Assembly (NCBI GenBank): GCA_051362555.1
Contig: CM120644.1
Location: 21,846,534 to 21,910,533, forward strand
Origin: Lingula anatina
Lineage: Eukaryota > Animalia > Brachiopoda
DNA: 64,000 nucleotides
Direction: 5' to 3'
Below the pieces are notes generated by a model. The model was not told the DNA's origin. It saw only the letters and a list, made by a program, of their open reading frames with translations, and made no database searches. The position numbers were made by a program, and so were the translations under genes. Below, one piece after another: positions 58,582 to 64,000 of this stretch (position 1 is the first letter of the stretch; each line of letters opens with the position of its first letter).

Positions 58582-59890
58582 CGTTTGGTTACGTACCTAT
58601 ACTCCCCCACACCGATACTCCCCCGCTTCTTTACATCCCTGCACCGATACTCCCCCGCACTGATACTCCCTCGCACCTTGGACCTAGGTCCAAGCTCGCA
58701 CCGATACTCCCTCGCACCGATACTCCCCCACTTCTTTACATCCCCGCACCGATACTCCCCGCACTGATACTCCCGCGTACCGATACTCCGCAAAAACACT
58801 ACTCCCCTAAGGCATATATATAGATTCCCTTGGCTTTGTAAACCCCATTCGTAATTTACAACACTTTCTATAATGCTTTTTTTTTCAAGATGCACCACCC
58901 TCTTGGGACCCAGAATTGACTAATTTTATTCGAAATATATTGGGAAAAATAAAGAACGTTACACGAAGTCAATCTCAGACTTTGTGTGCAGCTTGACAGT
59001 ACGTAGGTCTACAGTATGTAGCTATGTCTTTTTTTTTTTTTGGCAACGATGAATTCGTAAAATTATTAAGTAATAAAAAAGAAGTGCTAAAGCGGTTCGT
59101 TTTCTGTCTTTTTCCTCCAACCTTCTTTTCTGCTCTTTAAGCTTCTTTCCCTTATCTTTTGAATCTGAATTAGATTAGAATCTAAATTGAGCAAAATTCA
59201 AAAATTTTGAAAATTGTTGCACAACGAAATTGTCGAGACACGAGCATGCGTCGTGAGCACGCCTTTTATACTCGCAGTCACGTCGTGTTTTCGATTTTGT
59301 TCGTTATAGATGTGAGGGCGTGCGCCGTACTCAACACGCAAAGGGCTCTTTCTCCTTCATTTCTTGCGGCGTGCATCTTGGACCAGGCAAGTCTCACTTG
59401 CAAACCAATCGCAAACTCCTTAGAAAGGGAGCAAATTACGCTTGCGGCCTCGCTGTCCGCAGATTATTCGTAGAATCTATTGGAAATGTTCAATATCCTC
59501 CGTACGTGCTTACATACGTGCGAACTCGAAATTTCGCATAAAGGACTTGCGTGGTACGTGTACATGAGATTCTCCGCAAAATTTGGACTTAAACGGGTCG
59601 TAGATTTTGATCCACTTACCTAGACTGACCCTAACCTGTATAATTAAATGGAGGATTGACTCTGTTACTCGATCCTCAGTTTCGTCAAAATTGCATAGGG
59701 GGAGTAATGATGCGGGGGAGAATCGGTGCGGGGGAGTAACGGTGCGAGGAAACAACAACGCGGGGGAGTATCGGTGCGGGGGAGTAACGGTGTGAGGTCG
59801 TATCGATGTGCATAATGCAAAAATTTACTAAGGGGGAGTATCGGTGCGGGGGAGTAACGGTGCGGGGGAGTATCGGCATGACCCCGAACG
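58582..59890. mobile_element. Non-autonomous element with inverted subterminal repeat arrays
   Basis: Left array of gcaccgatactcccc (58590-58810) mirrored by ggggagtatcggtgc (59698-59880). Confidence 0.7.
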
Positions 59891-61391
59891 GGTTCACGCA
59901 TCTTGGGAAATAAAAAGTGGCTTTCACGAGTAACACACACAAAGAAGGGAACCTTTCAAAGGAGAATTCATTATTTTATTATTACTACTATTTTTGTAAT
60001 TATAGTAAAGCGTTCCACAACAGATATTTTATCGGTGGTGTCAGGATTCTATGCTGCGGCGAGCTTTGCAATTTTGAGCAGTGAAATTTTTAATATAACA
60101 TGAAAGTCAGAGTGATAGATTCTTGATTTTGTCGCCTTTCCTTTGTTTACTTTTTAACGATAAGGGAATGGAAATATAACAGTGTCATTTTTATTTACTT
60201 TTTCTGTGCAGATTTCGCTCTTGAAATGTCTCACGGTCTTCTACATGAAGTCACCGACAAGACCTAAACACAGGGTCATTGTCACTTCCTTTCACATTTC
60301 GAGGAATTAAAAAACCTCCCAATTACTGGGCTTGCTGCATTCATATATATATATTAAATTCCCCTAAATTTTCATTTTCTTTCAATAGTTAACAACAGTT
60401 TACAATCCTGATGACGACATACTGGGTAGGCAAAGTAGGCTAATAGTGATAAGTTAAAAACAAAATGAAAAAATTACCTCAGCAACGATCTTTATAAAGA
60501 CTTCATGAATGTTTCAGAATGATTCTATAAGTTAACTGTTGATACACAGGTTTTCGGCTGCGTAAACTCTTTGGTGATGAAATAAGTCAAGTTTTCCGAA
60601 TATATGTTTATTTTCATTAAATAATTTACAATTTCCATAGTGTTTACCTTGTTCTTTATGTCAATAATTTCATAAACTTCTCATCCGTCGTCTTGGCACC
60701 TGACCCTATCCTAAACTGACTTTTTCAACAAATTTCACCTATATGTAAAATTAATAAAAAGAGCCCCGTGTTCGAAAATATAAGGATATCGTGTGCATTT
60801 CATCACACATGGTCATTTTTTAATCACTGGACAACGCTTATTGCATGGATAATACATGAAATCATCATTGCTAAGCTCTTGATTACATGAGATAAATTAT
60901 AGAGATCATCCCATTCACACAGTTAACACCTTCACCTTAACATGTGTAATGTGATGCAGGATGCAGGTCTTTGATTTTGTTCAATCAGTATAAGGTATCA
61001 ATGTCCAGATTTCCATTACTGTTGGGTACTAGTGCTACTTGGCATGTAGCAAAAGAGGTTTGCTAATTCAAAATGTTCATTTAAACAGTTATCTCCCCCA
61101 AAAAAGACAGAACTTTTTATAAATTTATTTTAACGTTGCCGTAATGTTTTTTTTTATTATATATGCTTTATGGTAACGTTATGAAAGCGTTCAGTGTTTG
61201 CTGGTCACTCCCTGACAAATTATGTTATGTTTTTCGCATTCTATAATATAAAATGTGTAAAGTATTTAAAGATATGTATGGTATAAGCTATCTTACGTGG
61301 CCTTATAGACGTACGATAATAATTTCTTTTGTTCTAAGCGGTCTCTCAACATGACCGCCGCCAGAGTGTGTTTCAGCTCCCCAATAGAAAA

Positions 61392-61393
<2 letters not shown>

Positions 61394-61425
<32 letters not shown>
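61394..61425. repeat. (TG)n microsatellite
   Basis: Direct reading. Confidence 0.9.
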
Positions 61426-61430
<5 letters not shown>

Positions 61431-61692
61431 TGTGCGTGTTGATGCACCCATCTGTTGATTTTGGAAGTTCTTTTATTGTTTTTGAAATTTTGCTATTGTT
61501 CGTTTTGCACGCCACGACGATATATTGTACCAGAAGCCAGTCTCACATACTAGTACACCCCTTAAGCTGCATTTTCGTCCTTCTCTGCCCCATGCTGTCT
61601 AAGGCCTATTTTGACTCAGTTGCTTAATAGATTTTATCTCAAATAAAAATAGGGCAAAACAGACAACCTTTTAATTTCAATTATCTCTATGT

Positions 61693-63093
61693 CTATACGT
61701 CTCCTGCTGCCATCTTCATCAACTCCACAGTCAGTTCAGCGTATTTTTTGGCGTTCGTACCTCTCACCCTGTTGGTGCAGTAGTCTAGATTGTAGCAGAA
61801 TCGACCTCGGAATTTGTGCAGATAGTGCACAAAAGGCGCAGGATACCTACGCGATGCGGTGGACGAGACAATTCTTGTAGCGTGGACCTCGTCGTCGTAT
61901 CTACCAGGAGGACATAACTTGTCGCAATCACCAATATTGGACGTCATGAATTCCATTGTACAATCCGGATTAGCTAGGATGCGTTTTACTCTGTCGTCAC
62001 CAATGTATTTATCTATTTTATAAGACTGCGTGACCTCTCCATTTCTAAGTGCGGAGTGAACAATTTGGGTTGCATCCTTTGCAAGTTTCCAGAAGGCGGA
62101 ATACGTGACAGTTGTCGGGGTCATTATGGTGACAGCAGGTACCCAATTTAAAATGCCAAAGGCAGCGTTTAATTCCGGTGGAAGAAAACGCCGCATGTTA
62201 ACAGCGTGAATAGAACCTATGTTCAAAACGCTGGGTGGTTTTCCATCATTTATCATATTTGCTATGGCCATGGATGCAGCAGCAAAGAAGGCACCATGGA
62301 CAGTTGTCCAATGTTCCTTACATTTCGCTAGAATTCTATCCGTTTCTGAAATTGAAAATTCAACTGCTACTGTCTTTGTGTACGTGTCATCATCTATTGC
62401 AACCGGTGGCGGGAATCGCTTCATATAAAGACTCTTGCTGGGAAACCACTGTATAAACTTTGCCTTTACTACATGGAGATAATCTCGCCAACTAAATGCC
62501 ATTTCATCTTGTGGCAAGAGATCTTCCAAAGCTGGCTGGAGCATCACGGCATCGCCATCCTCACAAGACACACCCAACATGGCGGCGTTTAGGATATCAA
62601 TTAGTCTGCGTAACATTAATAGCTTAGAAGTTCCATCCATGATAGAGTGATGGATCCCAAACACGACTACGCTGTTGAAGAGGTCGTTATCATTTACGAC
62701 GTATCCCTCCATTGTTGAGTCAGCATTTTGTTTGGGCATGCGCACTACTCTCACCCTCCAAAGCGGACCATTGGCTGTGTCAAACAACACGGGCATCATA
62801 TCCTCGTGGACCTTCTCCCAGTCATCTTCCGCCGTCCCTTCAACAGCCTCGTAGTCTACACGAGGGACGTCCATATACTTGAAGTGCCTCTTCCCTTCCT
62901 GCCAAACTATGGCCAGTCGAAGGTGCGGAATGTCTCTTTGCAGTTGCCCGAGACACTGTACCCAGACATCATCTGTTATCAACCTTTTCGAGGTGATCCA
63001 CGTGGTAAACGCCATTGTGGAGACTTTTGCCTCATGCATCAAAGCGCAGTTGGTTTCGTCATGTCCTAGTGGGCGAATAATGTTATTTGCCAT
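61693..63093 (-). CDS. Stand-alone condensation-domain-like CoA-dependent acyltransferase (alcohol acetyltransferase/PapA5-like), intronless, 466 aa
   Basis: N-terminal RPLG..E, P.LR, FD...GPLWRV, catalytic HHSIMDG, CKEH.TTVHGA, VNMRRFL, FW.LA, SNIG. Confidence 0.85.
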   Translation of the reverse strand: MANNIIRPLGHDETNCALMHEAKVSTMAFTTWITSKRLITDDVWVQCLGQLQRDIPHLRLAIVWQEGKRHFKYMDVPRVDYEAVEGTAEDDWEKVHEDMMPVLFDTANGPLWRVRVVRMPKQNADSTMEGYVVNDNDLFNSVVVFGIHHSIMDGTSKLLMLRRLIDILNAAMLGVSCEDGDAVMLQPALEDLLPQDEMAFSWRDYLHVVKAKFIQWFPSKSLYMKRFPPPVAIDDDTYTKTVAVEFSISETDRILAKCKEHWTTVHGAFFAAASMAIANMINDGKPPSVLNIGSIHAVNMRRFLPPELNAAFGILNWVPAVTIMTPTTVTYSAFWKLAKDATQIVHSALRNGEVTQSYKIDKYIGDDRVKRILANPDCTMEFMTSNIGDCDKLCPPGRYDDEVHATRIVSSTASRRYPAPFVHYLHKFRGRFCYNLDYCTNRVRGTNAKKYAELTVELMKMAAGDV

Positions 63094-63256
63094 CAGTGGT
63101 TGCTTAAACGGTTACGTTTCAACGAGGCACACGAAAAGAGTCTAGGAAGTAGGTAGTCGGAGTTGTCTACAGGCTTAAAAGAAAACATTGATTGATTGGT
63201 AGTAAAACAGGGGATGCAGGAATCATGCAAAAATCTTGATATATAGTCTTTCAATC

Positions 63257-63451
63257 CAGGCCCGTAGCCGGGGGGGGGGGGGGGGGGGGGGGGTGGGGGG
63301 GGGGAGGGGGGTTCGAAAGAACTGCCCCCTTTAGTGGGAAAAGGTCCACTCTGGGTAAAATTTGATCTAGGTACATGAAGTTTTAATGGAAAAAGGTCCA
63401 CTTTTTCTAAAAAAGAACCCCCCCCTTTTGAAATTGCTGGCTACGGGCCTG
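63257..63451. mobile_element. MITE family A copy with perfect 5-bp TSD CAATC
   Basis: TIRs caggcccgtagcc / ggctacgggcctg; caatc at 63252-63256 and 63452-63456. Confidence 0.9.
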
Positions 63452-64000
63452 CAATCCATTGAGTAACTGACTAGATCGAGTGAATGCTTTACTGACTGAC
63501 TATACGTCCTCCCCATTCCCACAATACTGAATTTAATCATTTTTAAACATTAAAAGGACGTTGTGAAATAAATATATTGATCAGCACTCTTTAGTCTGCT
63601 GTAAACTCTTCTACTTGTATGTGATGCCAGTTTTTCTGTAAGTGGTACCTACCGGTTAAGTGCTTTCAAAGATTCCACAAAATGAGACGCTTTCACTGTG
63701 AGATCAAAGCTTGTGTCTGTTTCGTTAAAAAAAACAACCCACCTACATTCTATATGGCGTGGATTCTAATTACGACACGCATAATATGTCTACGTCCTTA
63801 TTAACCTGGATTCTTATGAATAAAAAGACACCATGGCGAGCGTGCAGAGCCTAGTAAACAGTGAATGCTGTAAAATAGTGATTTGCCCTAGTTACGGTCA
63901 CCTGTGCCGTTCACTAACCGTGTTTGAAAAATGTCTCAGAAGCTACATTTATACAAACACTGCCTTGTCATAGACTTGTGAAGATTCTTTTGTCTATAGC

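Noticed and set aside
58555-59942. Pro/Arg-rich short ORFs
   Set aside because: Translations of the subterminal repeat arrays of a non-autonomous element.

Overview
AT-rich, intron-containing animal (probably marine invertebrate) genomic DNA, not prokaryotic. Host genes reconstructed by eye from GT-AG junctions and frame continuity: two tandem three-exon Golgi carbohydrate sulfotransferases (CHST/Sulfotransfer_2 family), a seven-exon proline iminopeptidase of the bacterial/plant pip (S33) type, an intronless TRIM-NHL gene, a five-exon Mis18 gene and an intronless stand-alone condensation-domain-like HHxxxDG acyltransferase. Mobile DNA is abundant. It includes an apparently intact hAT transposon with 15-bp TIRs, an intron-split 660-aa transposase and an unusual 6-bp TSD, and MITEs with 5- and 6-bp TSDs. 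There are also a 5'-truncated RTEX-like LINE, a CR1/L2-type fragment, Tc1 remnants including a 1.6-kb fold-back, and decayed ISL2EU/Harbinger transposase and Myb/SANT remnants. Tandem arrays have units of 107 bp (with a 5-mer higher-order duplication), 45 bp (two variants that keep or destroy a splice-acceptor-like AG) and 48 bp. No CRISPR, rRNA or tRNA was seen. No database search was possible, so family names rest on motif recognition.
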